Source of the DNA: a virus
Lineage: Duplodnaviria > Caudoviricetes
Direction: 5' to 3' (one strand)
Virus record (IMG/VR): IMGVR_UViG_3300037309_000133
Location: 1-26,484 of that record
Length of the DNA stretch: 26,484 nucleotides
Under the pieces are notes generated by a model. It ran no database searches and was not told where the DNA came from. It saw only the letters and a program-made list of their open reading frames with translations. Both the position numbers and the translations under genes were made by a program. Positions 17,315 to 25,323 of the stretch are shown here, piece after piece. Numbering within the stretch: the stretch's first letter is position 1; each line of letters starts with the position of its first letter.

Positions 17315-17823
17315 GTCAAAACAGTTTGAGCCTTTTTTTACGTGCGCTTCAAAAAGACCTCAAAGGCTTGGAGCGCCAAGTCACCAAAGACGTGATTGAG
17401 GTGGAAGTCGAAAATTTCGTGGTCAAAAACTTTGAAGACCAAGCCTTTGCGGGGCGCGCTTGGCAAGGTCGAGTGCAGGGCGACTCGGCTAAAAATCGGT
17501 CGTTGTTGGTACAAACGGGACGTTTGCGGCGTGATGTGACCAAAGCCAAAACGCGCGGCAATGTGGTAGAAATCAGCTCGCGTTTGCCGTATGCGGCGAT
17601 TCATAATGAAGGGGGCGACATTGACCAAATCGTGACCCCGAAGCAACGGGCGTTTTTCTTTTACAAACATAAAAAGACGGGCGACGTGCGTTGGAAACAC
17701 ATGGCTTTGGCAAAATCCCTGCACATCAAAATTCCCGAACGGCGGTTTATTGGCGAATCGTTGTATCTCGATGCGCGGATTCGCAAGAAAATTGATGCTT
17801 ATATGAATCATTTAATGAGCTAA
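17308..17823 (+). CDS. Virion morphogenesis protein (Mu gpG / tail completion S-like)
   Basis: LVQTGRLRR, LPYAAIHNEGG, IPERRFIG motifs. Confidence 0.88.
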   Translation: MASQNSLSLFLRALQKDLKGLERQVTKDVIEVEVENFVVKNFEDQAFAGRAWQGRVQGDSAKNRSLLVQTGRLRRDVTKAKTRGNVVEISSRLPYAAIHNEGGDIDQIVTPKQRAFFFYKHKKTGDVRWKHMALAKSLHIKIPERRFIGESLYLDARIRKKIDAYMNHLMS

Positions 17824-17868
17824 ACGCGAAACGCCCATTTTATTGAAACTTTATTAAAGTTAAACATT

Positions 17869-18009
17869 ATGACATACACAATTGACGAAAACAATGTGAT
17901 TCACATTGATAAAATACCTTCCAACCAAACTATAATTGTTAAAAACATTGACCCGCAAGATGTGAAAGATAAAGTTCTGAAAATAATCAAAGCGGCTTCA
18001 TCTCATTAA
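17869..18009 (+). CDS. Small hypothetical protein (46 aa, MTYTIDENNV...), not in ORF track
   Basis: AT-rich leader, ATG to TAA. Confidence 0.45.
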   Translation: MTYTIDENNVIHIDKIPSNQTIIVKNIDPQDVKDKVLKIIKAASSH

Positions 18010-18035
18010 AAAATGGGTCGTTGGGGGATAATCTA

Positions 18036-18124
18036 AACGGCTGTGTTTGCGAAAGTGGCAGCGTGTTTGGGTTTGTGCGGTGGCTTACGCTGCCATTTAC
18101 GCAAACACGTTGTTCGCAGCAGTT
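18036..18124 (-). other. attC-like recombination site (imperfect hairpin bounded by AAC...GTT)
   Basis: Minus strand AACTGCTGCGAAC, stem 18043-18065/18086-18108, then GTT; 89 bp, starting 37 nt after the stop of 18162-18650. Confidence 0.6.
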
Positions 18125-18161
18125 TTTTCTTTTTTTTATGTCAAAATACTGAGGGGTATAA

Positions 18162-18650
18162 TTACTGCAACTCTTTTTTGAAAATTAGATACACTCTCTT
18201 CAAAACCATAAGAAAAACTAAGGAAAACTCTGCAAGCAAAAAAAATGACACTATATTTATGGCTCTCTTTATATTTATTGAAAGACCATCAATAAAACCG
18301 AAAAGCATAATAAAAATTGCAATAAAAGAGACAACTATTGCAAATGAAATATTAGCGGTTACTTCTTTTACAATTATTTGTTTGATTTCAGCCGATTCTT
18401 GCTTTCTTGCAATGTCCAATAATATTACAAGAGCATTGAATAATAAACCTACAAAAATAGAAAGGCTACCTACTATTGTTTCGATTGAATCTTTGTTAAT
18501 GTCTAATCCACAACAAAACAATATTAAGGAAATAACAAGAGGTAATACAACAAATGAAAAATAGTCATCGAAGCCGGGTCGGTTCGTGTTTACATCAACC
18601 AATGTTTTGAAATGGTCTTTGAATATTTCTTTAAAACTAATTTTACTCAT
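18162..18650 (-). CDS. Membrane protein with about 4 TM helices, unknown function
   Basis: 162 aa, four hydrophobic segments; start overlaps the upstream gene. Confidence 0.85.
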   Translation of the reverse strand: MSKISFKEIFKDHFKTLVDVNTNRPGFDDYFSFVVLPLVISLILFCCGLDINKDSIETIVGSLSIFVGLLFNALVILLDIARKQESAEIKQIIVKEVTANISFAIVVSFIAIFIMLFGFIDGLSINIKRAINIVSFFLLAEFSLVFLMVLKRVYLIFKKELQ

Positions 18651-19656
18651 TGTTGCGCTTTGGTAATATTTCCTCTTGTAATAATTTATCGAAAAATGCC
18701 AAGCAATATTCTTTTAATGAATCTTTAGTAGGCAGATTGGTTTCTTTATCTCTTTCTATACTACTTTCATCAACATAATAATAAGGCGATAGTGTATAGT
18801 TTTGTGATTTTTTTGCAGTTGCTTTTTTGCCATTAAATTCATATTCTATCAAAACATCATGTGTTCCATCCATTCCTATATCTTCAAGAATAGGGGTCGA
18901 AAAGAATCTATGGTCTGCAAAAGCATTTTCAAAATCCAAAGTTAATATATCTTTGAATTGTTTGGAGTAATTTTTTAGACCACTAATCTTTACTTCAATA
19001 ACAACTTCTGAATGAATAAAATTCAAACCAAGAATAGAATTTGCTTTGTCAGAATTGAGCTTGTGTCTTTTTAGGGTAATTTTATTAATGTCACCTTTAT
19101 CTTTCATTTGTTCGATAGTGTCCTTCGGAATAAATTTGCCCATTTGAAACAATCTATCTTCGATGTTATCAGTAAAAAATTTTTTGATTAAAGAGCAAAA
19201 TGATTCAGAAATTGAATTGGTTGAAAAACCTTGTATTAAGATAACACCCATTTTGCTTTCCATTGGTGCCCAAATCATAAAGAAATAATCAATAGAATCG
19301 ACATGGTCAGCAGTTACTCTAAAAATTTCATCATCTGGTTTGTTTTTATCTACAATAGTTTTAGCAATGCCAGATTTACCGCCTTTTACAAAACCATAAA
19401 TCAATTCTTTTTCAGACGCAAAACTGATTGCACTTTTTGGTGGATATATGACTGTTTCTGATTCCCCTAACCCTGCAAATTTACCATCGAAACTCTGCAT
19501 GAATTTCTCAAAAAATGTACGAAAGTTAAGTATTTGTCTTTGCTGACCGTCATAAAATGAGAGTTCTTTTAAATTGTAATATTCAGGACGGTTGTTTTTA
19601 GTTTGACGACTTCTAACTTGAAAAGTGAAGCAATCTAATCTTACATCATGTGGCAT
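18643..19656 (-). CDS. Soluble protein of unknown function (accessory, candidate anti-phage component)
   Basis: 337 aa AT-rich ORF, overlapping the TM gene by 8 nt. Confidence 0.85.
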   Translation of the reverse strand: MPHDVRLDCFTFQVRSRQTKNNRPEYYNLKELSFYDGQQRQILNFRTFFEKFMQSFDGKFAGLGESETVIYPPKSAISFASEKELIYGFVKGGKSGIAKTIVDKNKPDDEIFRVTADHVDSIDYFFMIWAPMESKMGVILIQGFSTNSISESFCSLIKKFFTDNIEDRLFQMGKFIPKDTIEQMKDKGDINKITLKRHKLNSDKANSILGLNFIHSEVVIEVKISGLKNYSKQFKDILTLDFENAFADHRFFSTPILEDIGMDGTHDVLIEYEFNGKKATAKKSQNYTLSPYYYVDESSIERDKETNLPTKDSLKEYCLAFFDKLLQEEILPKRNNE

Positions 19657-19743
19657 GTAGAATTATTTTTAATGTTTTATCTTTGAGTTTGTTTAATTAC
19701 TATGATTTGTGTGTTCTTTTAATTACCACGAACAGCTCATAAG

Positions 19744-20133
19744 TTATTGAAAATCAATGTCTTTTAAAACTGATTTTTCATTGATTTTTAGCAATTTCTG
19801 TTCGTCAAGTTTTTGTACATATCTTTTATGTCCTCTGATTGCTGCGAACTGCTGATTTCGATAGGTCAGCGTAATCATGTTAGCGTTTTGTGAGGCAAAT
19901 ACACCCTGCAAAGTGCCTTTAAGCGCAGCAACGCTATGGAGCATAGATAGACCAATCAGCGTATTGTTGTCCAGTTCCGTATCATCGTCCGTTTTGACTG
20001 ATAGGGTTCCTGATGCAAGGTTTTCGCAAGTTTCTTCCAATATCGCTTCGTGCAAGGGGTGTAAACCTACATTGTCAAGATGACTGAGAAAAGCAGTTTT
20101 TAAGTCAGCAGCATTTAGATTGTTTGTTATCAT
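19744..20133 (-). CDS. Hypothetical protein, antisense moron-like
   Basis: 129 aa; TATGTTTG box at 20171-20164 upstream; weak similarity to 13646-13954. Confidence 0.7.
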   Translation of the reverse strand: MITNNLNAADLKTAFLSHLDNVGLHPLHEAILEETCENLASGTLSVKTDDDTELDNNTLIGLSMLHSVAALKGTLQGVFASQNANMITLTYRNQQFAAIRGHKRYVQKLDEQKLLKINEKSVLKDIDFQ

Positions 20134-20183
20134 GTCAAAAGGATTTAAAGTTATTTATTGCCACAAACATAATTAAAAAAAAG

Positions 20184-20729
20184 ATGCTTTACGAAAAAAA
20201 CATCTACGTCCACATTCTCACCAAACTATCCGCTCTGCGCGACCAACAAAACCGCGAAGTGGTGCGGTGGGTAGATTTTGACATGGGGCAACTCGAAATG
20301 GAAACACCGCCCGTTTCGTTTCCCTGCGTTTTGGTGAGTTTTCCCAATGCCGACGACTTTACGACCAATCGTGACCAGTCGCAACAAGGCAATCAGACCG
20401 TTACTTTGCGGGTGGCGTTCAAACTATTTGAACGGACGCACTCCAAAGCCACCCCTCAGTATCGCGGCGAAGCCTTGCAGATATTTGAGGTAAAAGAGGC
20501 AATCCACAACGCGCTGCAAGCGACGAGCGGCAACTGCTTTGGCAAACTCAACCGCGTCGGCTCTCGATTAGAACCGCGCATAGATTTGCGGGTGTTTGAA
20601 CTGACCTACGACTGCGCCGTGCAGCAAGCCGCCCCGCGTCCCGATTACCGACCCGTTGGCGACTACACCAACGTACCGATTACGTTGGATTTGGACGTGG
20701 ATTTATTGCGTCCAGATGGTCAACCATAA
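20184..20729 (+). CDS. Mu gp37-like tail terminator/neck protein (start ATG 20184)
   Basis: RWVDFDMGQLE...PPVSFPCVLV and IHNALQ motifs; follows the gpG-like gene in the plus operon. Confidence 0.7.
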   Translation: MLYEKNIYVHILTKLSALRDQQNREVVRWVDFDMGQLEMETPPVSFPCVLVSFPNADDFTTNRDQSQQGNQTVTLRVAFKLFERTHSKATPQYRGEALQIFEVKEAIHNALQATSGNCFGKLNRVGSRLEPRIDLRVFELTYDCAVQQAAPRPDYRPVGDYTNVPITLDLDVDLLRPDGQP

Positions 20730-20889
20730 TTAGGCTGAGAGCGTGAATCGCCGCCGCTTTGTCGGGTGTGATACTGAGGGGGGACTCCGTTGCGGCAGCA
20801 ATGAGGGTGGCAATGTGTTGGACTGTTCTGATACTGGTGGGAATGGTAGCTGTTTTTTCGGTAGGTTGTAAAAGCGTGTCGTTTGTCAT
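20680..20889 (-). CDS. Small hypothetical protein
   Basis: 69 aa; TAAGTTTG box at 20923-20916 upstream; weak similarity to 12476-12703. Confidence 0.5.
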   Translation of the reverse strand: MTNDTLLQPTEKTATIPTSIRTVQHIATLIAAATESPLSITPDKAAAIHALSLIMVDHLDAINPRPNPT

Positions 20890-20967
20890 GTATGCGCTGG
20901 ATTAAATTGTTGCCACAAACTTAACGCTTTTTGTTTTATATTTAAAATTTTGCTTTGTTTTTGAAAC

Positions 20968-21009
20968 AAAAAATTGCCGCAACTCGAAGGAGATGCGGCA
21001 AGTTTGTTT
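20968..21009. terminator. Probable bidirectional terminator
   Basis: TTGCCGCA (20974-20981) / TGCGGCAA (20994-21001), A-run on left, T-rich on right. Confidence 0.65.
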
Positions 21010-21065
21010 ATGAGATGTTAATACAAATTCAACATATTTAAATTTTTGTACTTTTGGTTTTGTAA

Positions 21066-21191
21066 CGAAATAACGGCTGTTCGTATCATGGCAAACCGCT
21101 TTTAGTGGGCAGACGCGGTGGGTGTTATTACATCAATGGAAATGGCAACAAGACTTATGTGGATAGGTCTTATTGTCAAAATTGTTGGTAA
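21066..21191 (+). pseudogene. Remnant ORF with Cys-rich GRRGGCYYINGNGNKTYVDRSYC motif
   Basis: Frame reads RNNGCSYHGKPLLVGRRGGCYYINGNGNKTYVDRSYCQNCW*, preceded by in-frame TAA at 21063-21065. Confidence 0.5.
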
Positions 21192-21238
21192 AATACTGAG
21201 GGGTAGCAAGTCAGACTTGCTACCCCTCAGTATTTTAC
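21188..21238. terminator. Perfect 51-bp palindrome with two TACTGAGGGG copies, joining two convergent stops
   Basis: GTAAAATACTGAGGGGTAGCAAGTC-A-GACTTGCTACCCCTCAGTATTTTAC. Confidence 0.75.
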
Positions 21239-21747
21239 AGTATTGTTGGAATAAAATCCGAACTTTCGGCTGCTTCTAATCGCTGTTTATATTTTTCTAC
21301 TATTTCAACGAACTTTAAGTATTTGGCATCGGTAGAAATATCAAACAACGACGTGTAATTTTTAGCGTATTCCTTCAATTGGTTTTCAGCTATTGTCACT
21401 TTTCTACGCCGTGCTGCAATGATGTCCTTTCGGCGTTTTTTTAAAGCGTCTTCTGATTCTTTTATCTCGTAATCGAAGTAAATAAGTTCCGCGTAAAAAC
21501 GTGGAAACTTTACTTGCAATAAACTTGCACGATAGCGAAAATACCATTTCCATTTGTTAAAAATCTCGAATCTAAACCCTTTGTTATAGTAAGCAAGCTC
21601 TTTTATTGCGCTTGTAGTTTCGGCGTGATGAAGTATGATTTTGACTCCAAACGCCTTATTGACAAGACTTCCAAGCCTCATTGTCTTGTCTATTTCCGCT
21701 TCGATGTCTTCAAACCAATTCATGTTAAAATAGTGATTGTTGCCCAT
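21235..21747 (-). CDS. Hypothetical phage protein
   Basis: 170 aa (start may be the internal MNWF ATG at 21723); last gene of early operon. Confidence 0.75.
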   Translation of the reverse strand: MGNNHYFNMNWFEDIEAEIDKTMRLGSLVNKAFGVKIILHHAETTSAIKELAYYNKGFRFEIFNKWKWYFRYRASLLQVKFPRFYAELIYFDYEIKESEDALKKRRKDIIAARRRKVTIAENQLKEYAKNYTSLFDISTDAKYLKFVEIVEKYKQRLEAAESSDFIPTIL

Positions 21748-22339
21748 TTTTAATTTTCCTATCCCAAATCACAAACTTCTGATTGCCACCAAACCGAGAG
21801 CGCGGGAAGGCAACAAACTCCCGCACGGCTACTTTGATGTCCGCCATAAACTCAATGGCTTTGGCGTGTTCGCCTTTGGGTTTGCCGCACGACTCCCAAC
21901 AGATGATGATAAACGCCTTGCGCGGGTGGGCTTTGACCATGAGTTTGTACTGCTGATGGGTGAGTCCGAGGTAGTCGCGGCTGTCAATAAAGATGATTTG
22001 AGGGGCGTTTTTGCCACCCAAGCGTTCCATCATCATGTCAAAATCTTCTTTGTCGCCAAAGAAGATTTTGCCCTTTACCTCGTGCATCTTATTGCGTTTG
22101 AGGGCATCTTGGAGGGTTTTGGAGATGCCCTGCTCAAAGCTGTTGTAATACACCTTTTTGAAGCGGCTGAGATACTTGGCGAACTGAATGCAAAACTCGG
22201 TTTTGCCGTTCCCGGGCTTGCCATAGACAATCATACGGAAATTGCGTTCGGGTTCGCCGAAGGTGTCGAGCCACGCGCCGTCAAAAGGCAATGTGTCGAA
22301 CGTGCGTTCTAAAAAATCTGTGATACTGATACCGCGCAT
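21725..22339 (-). CDS. P-loop ATPase (RecA/RadA-like) of Mu-like phages
   Basis: GKPGNGKT Walker A, IIFIDS Walker B, SRFGG. Confidence 0.85.
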   Translation of the reverse strand: MRGISITDFLERTFDTLPFDGAWLDTFGEPERNFRMIVYGKPGNGKTEFCIQFAKYLSRFKKVYYNSFEQGISKTLQDALKRNKMHEVKGKIFFGDKEDFDMMMERLGGKNAPQIIFIDSRDYLGLTHQQYKLMVKAHPRKAFIIICWESCGKPKGEHAKAIEFMADIKVAVREFVAFPRSRFGGNQKFVIWDRKIKNGQQSLF

Positions 22340-22401
22340 TTTTGATAGATGTTTAGAGGCGATTGTGTATGAAAATAGCCGTTTTTACTGAGGAGGGTGA
22401 C

Positions 22402-22429
22402 GTGTGCCACACTTGGAAGTGTGGCACAC
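22402..22429. repeat. Intergenic perfect palindrome
   Basis: GTGTGCCACACTT-GG-AAGTGTGGCACAC directly after the stop at 22431. Confidence 0.75.
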
Positions 22430-22430
22430 A

Positions 22431-22862
22431 TTATTTAGGGGCTTCGTACTTTTTTGGCTTAACAATGCGGTAGTAAGTATCTACCCCCGCAATGATATAC
22501 GAGTCGCTTTTGTACACTTCAATTTTGCAGGTGAACGATGGCAGCGACCTTTCGAGCGAAAGCCTGAAAGAATAGGCTTCACCAATCAGTTTGTTAAGCG
22601 CAGAATTTGATAATTCAAGACCACGGGAGTATTTTTTAGAAATCGCTTTCAACCGAAAACCACTATCAGATTTGTACATATAAAATATGCCTTCTTCTGA
22701 CTCCAAAAACATCAATTTATCGCCCTGTTTTAGTCCCGTTTGCCTGATAAATCCTGCCGAAAAAGTCAATTTTCCCGCCTGTCCAAACTTGACTGACCAA
22801 TCATCGCTCATCATTCTTGACGGCAAATCCTCAGGCGCAATGGTGCGTTTTACTTTCATCAT
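22431..22862 (-). CDS. Hypothetical protein, possible AbrB-like N-terminal region
   Basis: GKLTFSAGFIRQTGLKQGDKLMF pattern. Confidence 0.6.
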   Translation of the reverse strand: MMKVKRTIAPEDLPSRMMSDDWSVKFGQAGKLTFSAGFIRQTGLKQGDKLMFLESEEGIFYMYKSDSGFRLKAISKKYSRGLELSNSALNKLIGEAYSFRLSLERSLPSFTCKIEVYKSDSYIIAGVDTYYRIVKPKKYEAPK

Positions 22863-22883
22863 TTTTTACTGATTTTTAAATTG

Positions 22884-23105
22884 TTAAACTACTTTTTGCC
22901 ACCAAGCAACCACTTTTTTATAAGCGTGTTTTGCCTCTGTAGGCGTTTCAAATGCGACGGTGTAAACCTGCGTAGCGGTATAGACGGAATAATACGTGTC
23001 GCTTTCGTAGTGGGCAATGGCTTCGACTTTTCGGAGGTCGAATGCGACTTTGCCCGATAAAAAAATGGGTGTCTGTTCTTCCATTTTAGAAATGGGTTTA
23101 AACAT
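22884..23105 (-). CDS. Hypothetical protein
   Basis: 73 aa co-oriented early gene. Confidence 0.6.
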   Translation of the reverse strand: MFKPISKMEEQTPIFLSGKVAFDLRKVEAIAHYESDTYYSVYTATQVYTVAFETPTEAKHAYKKVVAWWQKVV

Positions 23106-23143
23106 TAATCAAAAAGCGTTTTTTGTTGCTGTTTACGTTGTTG

Positions 23144-23383
23144 TTAGCGGTTTTTTTCGGCAGTTTCGAGGGCTTCCAAACGGTCTATTTCTTGGCGTAG
23201 GAATAGGGGCTTGTAATTGAGATAGCGGTAAAACTGACGCTCTGATTTGATGTAAAATTGCTGTTGTATAAAGGTTTTAAACACATAGGTATTGGTCATT
23301 CCGTCTTTCAACTCTCGTTGAAAAACTGCCTGTACATCGCGTACTTTTTTATAAAAAATCAATTTATCGTGCTTTCGCGCCAT
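23144..23383 (-). CDS. Mor/C-like HTH transcription regulator
   Basis: 79 aa after GemA-like gene; FYIKSERQFYRYLN HTH-like end. Confidence 0.6.
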   Translation of the reverse strand: MARKHDKLIFYKKVRDVQAVFQRELKDGMTNTYVFKTFIQQQFYIKSERQFYRYLNYKPLFLRQEIDRLEALETAEKNR

Positions 23384-23404
23384 GTATGTCGTGATGCTAG
23401 TCCC

Positions 23405-23438
23405 AATCTTAGGAAGCCTCCAAAGGCTTCCTAAGATT
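23405..23438. repeat. Palindromic REP-like hairpin, copy 2
   Basis: AATCTTAGGAAGCCT-CCAA-AGGCTTCCTAAGATT. Confidence 0.85.
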
Positions 23439-23442
23439 AAGG

Positions 23443-23874
23443 TCAGTTCAAAACCGCAATAGTGTTCTCTTTATCGGCTTTACCCTTCTGTTTTTTATTG
23501 ATGATGCAGAGACGTGACACGGTGGTTTTCAGTTCCGCTTCAGTCATTTCGACCATCATTTTACCCGCGATTTTGGGTGATAACAACAGCCCGTTGAGGC
23601 GTTCCCAAGCGGATTTATTGTGCATTTTGACCCCCAAATATTGCTCACATTCTGCAATCAGGCATGAGCGCAAGCGGCGAATTTTTTTCGGCACGTCGGC
23701 TGCTTTGTACTGGTTGAGGTTTTGGAGACGGTCAATGAGCGCATCAATTTGTTCGTCGGTAAGGTCGAGCGTGGACGTTACGCCGTACTGTTCTAACAGC
23801 ACCCCTTTTTGGTCGCGGAGGTGGTTGAGGTGCAGTAGGCTGTTGAAATACTGGTTTTTTTGTTTACGTTCCAT
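23443..23874 (-). CDS. GemA-like (DUF1018-like) protein
   Basis: GVTSTLDLTDEQIDALI, RRLRS, WERLN..L.PKIAGK...MTEAEL motifs. Confidence 0.65.
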   Translation of the reverse strand: MERKQKNQYFNSLLHLNHLRDQKGVLLEQYGVTSTLDLTDEQIDALIDRLQNLNQYKAADVPKKIRRLRSCLIAECEQYLGVKMHNKSAWERLNGLLLSPKIAGKMMVEMTEAELKTTVSRLCIINKKQKGKADKENTIAVLN

Positions 23875-24029
23875 TTTTTTGAAAAAAGGCTACTCACAGA
23901 TTTTGCTTTCGACTAACTTTTTGTAAAATTTCAAATATGATGAAAAATATACTCCGTGAAGTAATCGCGTCGCGTCCGCTTCAAGATGCGATTGTCAAAC
24001 ATTATTGATTGCGCCACGTGTACGGTTTG

Positions 24030-24323
24030 TCATAAGAAATTCGTTTTACGATGAGCTAAAATAATGCGCATTTCTTCGGTTTCGTGGATGATTTGAGACA
24101 TCCAGTCGGCGGGTGGCTCAGGTTCGATTTTGAAAACATTGGTGATGTCGTCGTCCATCAATCTGTTTTCAAATTCGATGTTGTTGAGCAGTTTGCTCAA
24201 TACCCAAATGCGTTGTGTATCTGTCCAGTTGCCGAGCATTTCAAATTGGCAAATAGTACCTTCGGGTGTGTAGCCGACTTTTAGTCGGGTCTGGGTTTTG
24301 TTACCTGTCAAAAGATAGGTCAT
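24030..24323 (-). CDS. Hypothetical protein (start likely ATG 24323)
   Basis: MTYLLTG... with AT-rich leader. Confidence 0.55.
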   Translation of the reverse strand: MTYLLTGNKTQTRLKVGYTPEGTICQFEMLGNWTDTQRIWVLSKLLNNIEFENRLMDDDITNVFKIEPEPPADWMSQIIHETEEMRIILAHRKTNFL

Positions 24324-24755
24324 TTTAAAAATGTTTTTTTGCCTTTTTCCGCTTGCGCTTCGTTGAAAATCGTGATTGCACAAACGACAAACACCGTGAA
24401 AAAAATAATGAGAATGAGCATTTTTGATTGATTTTATCTTAGAAAGATAGATACCTTTTTTTTCTTCGATTTCGAGGATGGCTTGGAAGTGCGCAAAGGC
24501 GACATCTGTGCGTCCTTCGGGACTCAGAACATCTTTTTGCCACCCAATTGCTTAGAAATGGCGTTGGCGCAAACACAAAACAAATAGCCAATTTCGAGGC
24601 TAAAAATGCCCAAAACGAGTATGTAAATAAGTACCACGATTGTTGTTAGATTAGACCGTAAACAATAAAAACAGAGCCGCCATTATCAGCGTAAGACAGT
24701 CAAACAGCGACTCTGAAAATTCATCAAAACCAAATGAAAACAAACTTCCTGTACA

Positions 24756-25235
24756 TTATTTCTTGGCGACCAATTTGAAGACATTGGGCTTGCGGTTGAG
24801 TTGAATACCCAATTTTGTGAGAATGCCAACCAAAGTGTAGTCAGATTGCAAACCCGCATAAATCGCTTTGTTATTCAGTTCGACGGTTTTGTATGTTTCG
24901 TCCACCAAGTTGATAAATTCCGCCAATTTTGCTTTCAACATTTCTCCTTTTGCGCCTGTCCATTCCAAGCCGCCAATGGTCTCCGTGATTTGGTACTGGT
25001 CGGTGGTATTGGTATGAGGATTTTCCGCCATCCATGCTATGAGCGTATCTTTCTGCGCGTCGAGCGCGTCTTTGTCGGCTTTGAGTTTTGTGTCTTTTTC
25101 AGCGATGTCTGCCGCCAATTTTCGCATTTCGTCGGCTTTACTGAGGGGTGCGACACTTTCAGATTTTGCTGCTTTTTTGCCCTTTTTAGGGGGCGCTTCA
25201 AACGCCTGTGTAAAGGCGACTTCTGTTTTTGCCAT
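24756..25235 (-). CDS. Gam-like host-nuclease inhibitor
   Basis: Coiled coil followed by KTVELNNKAI...LTKLGIQL....FKL, resembling the Mu Gam C-terminus; position after MuB-like gene. Confidence 0.5.
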   Translation of the reverse strand: MAKTEVAFTQAFEAPPKKGKKAAKSESVAPLSKADEMRKLAADIAEKDTKLKADKDALDAQKDTLIAWMAENPHTNTTDQYQITETIGGLEWTGAKGEMLKAKLAEFINLVDETYKTVELNNKAIYAGLQSDYTLVGILTKLGIQLNRKPNVFKLVAKK

Positions 25236-25323
25236 GTGTATGCTACTATTTTAAAAAAATTTATAATCAATACTTTAACACCAATTGCCCAAATTTTGGT
25301 CTTTTAGTTTTGTGAGTACCATT

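Larger units (their letters stand above)
18036..19733 (-). mobile_element. Putative integron-type gene cassette carrying two genes
   Basis: 5' end GTTCGTGGTAATT (19733-19721) is complementary to AACTGCTGCGAAC (18124-18112) with three G-T pairs and one mismatch; visibly AT-rich interior. Confidence 0.6.

Noticed and set aside
18043-18564. 173-aa plus-strand ORF
   Set aside because: Shadow of the TM gene and the attC-like hairpin
24672-24715. CAGAGCCGC...GCGACTCTG possible terminator
   Set aside because: Imperfect stem with a long loop; too weak to call
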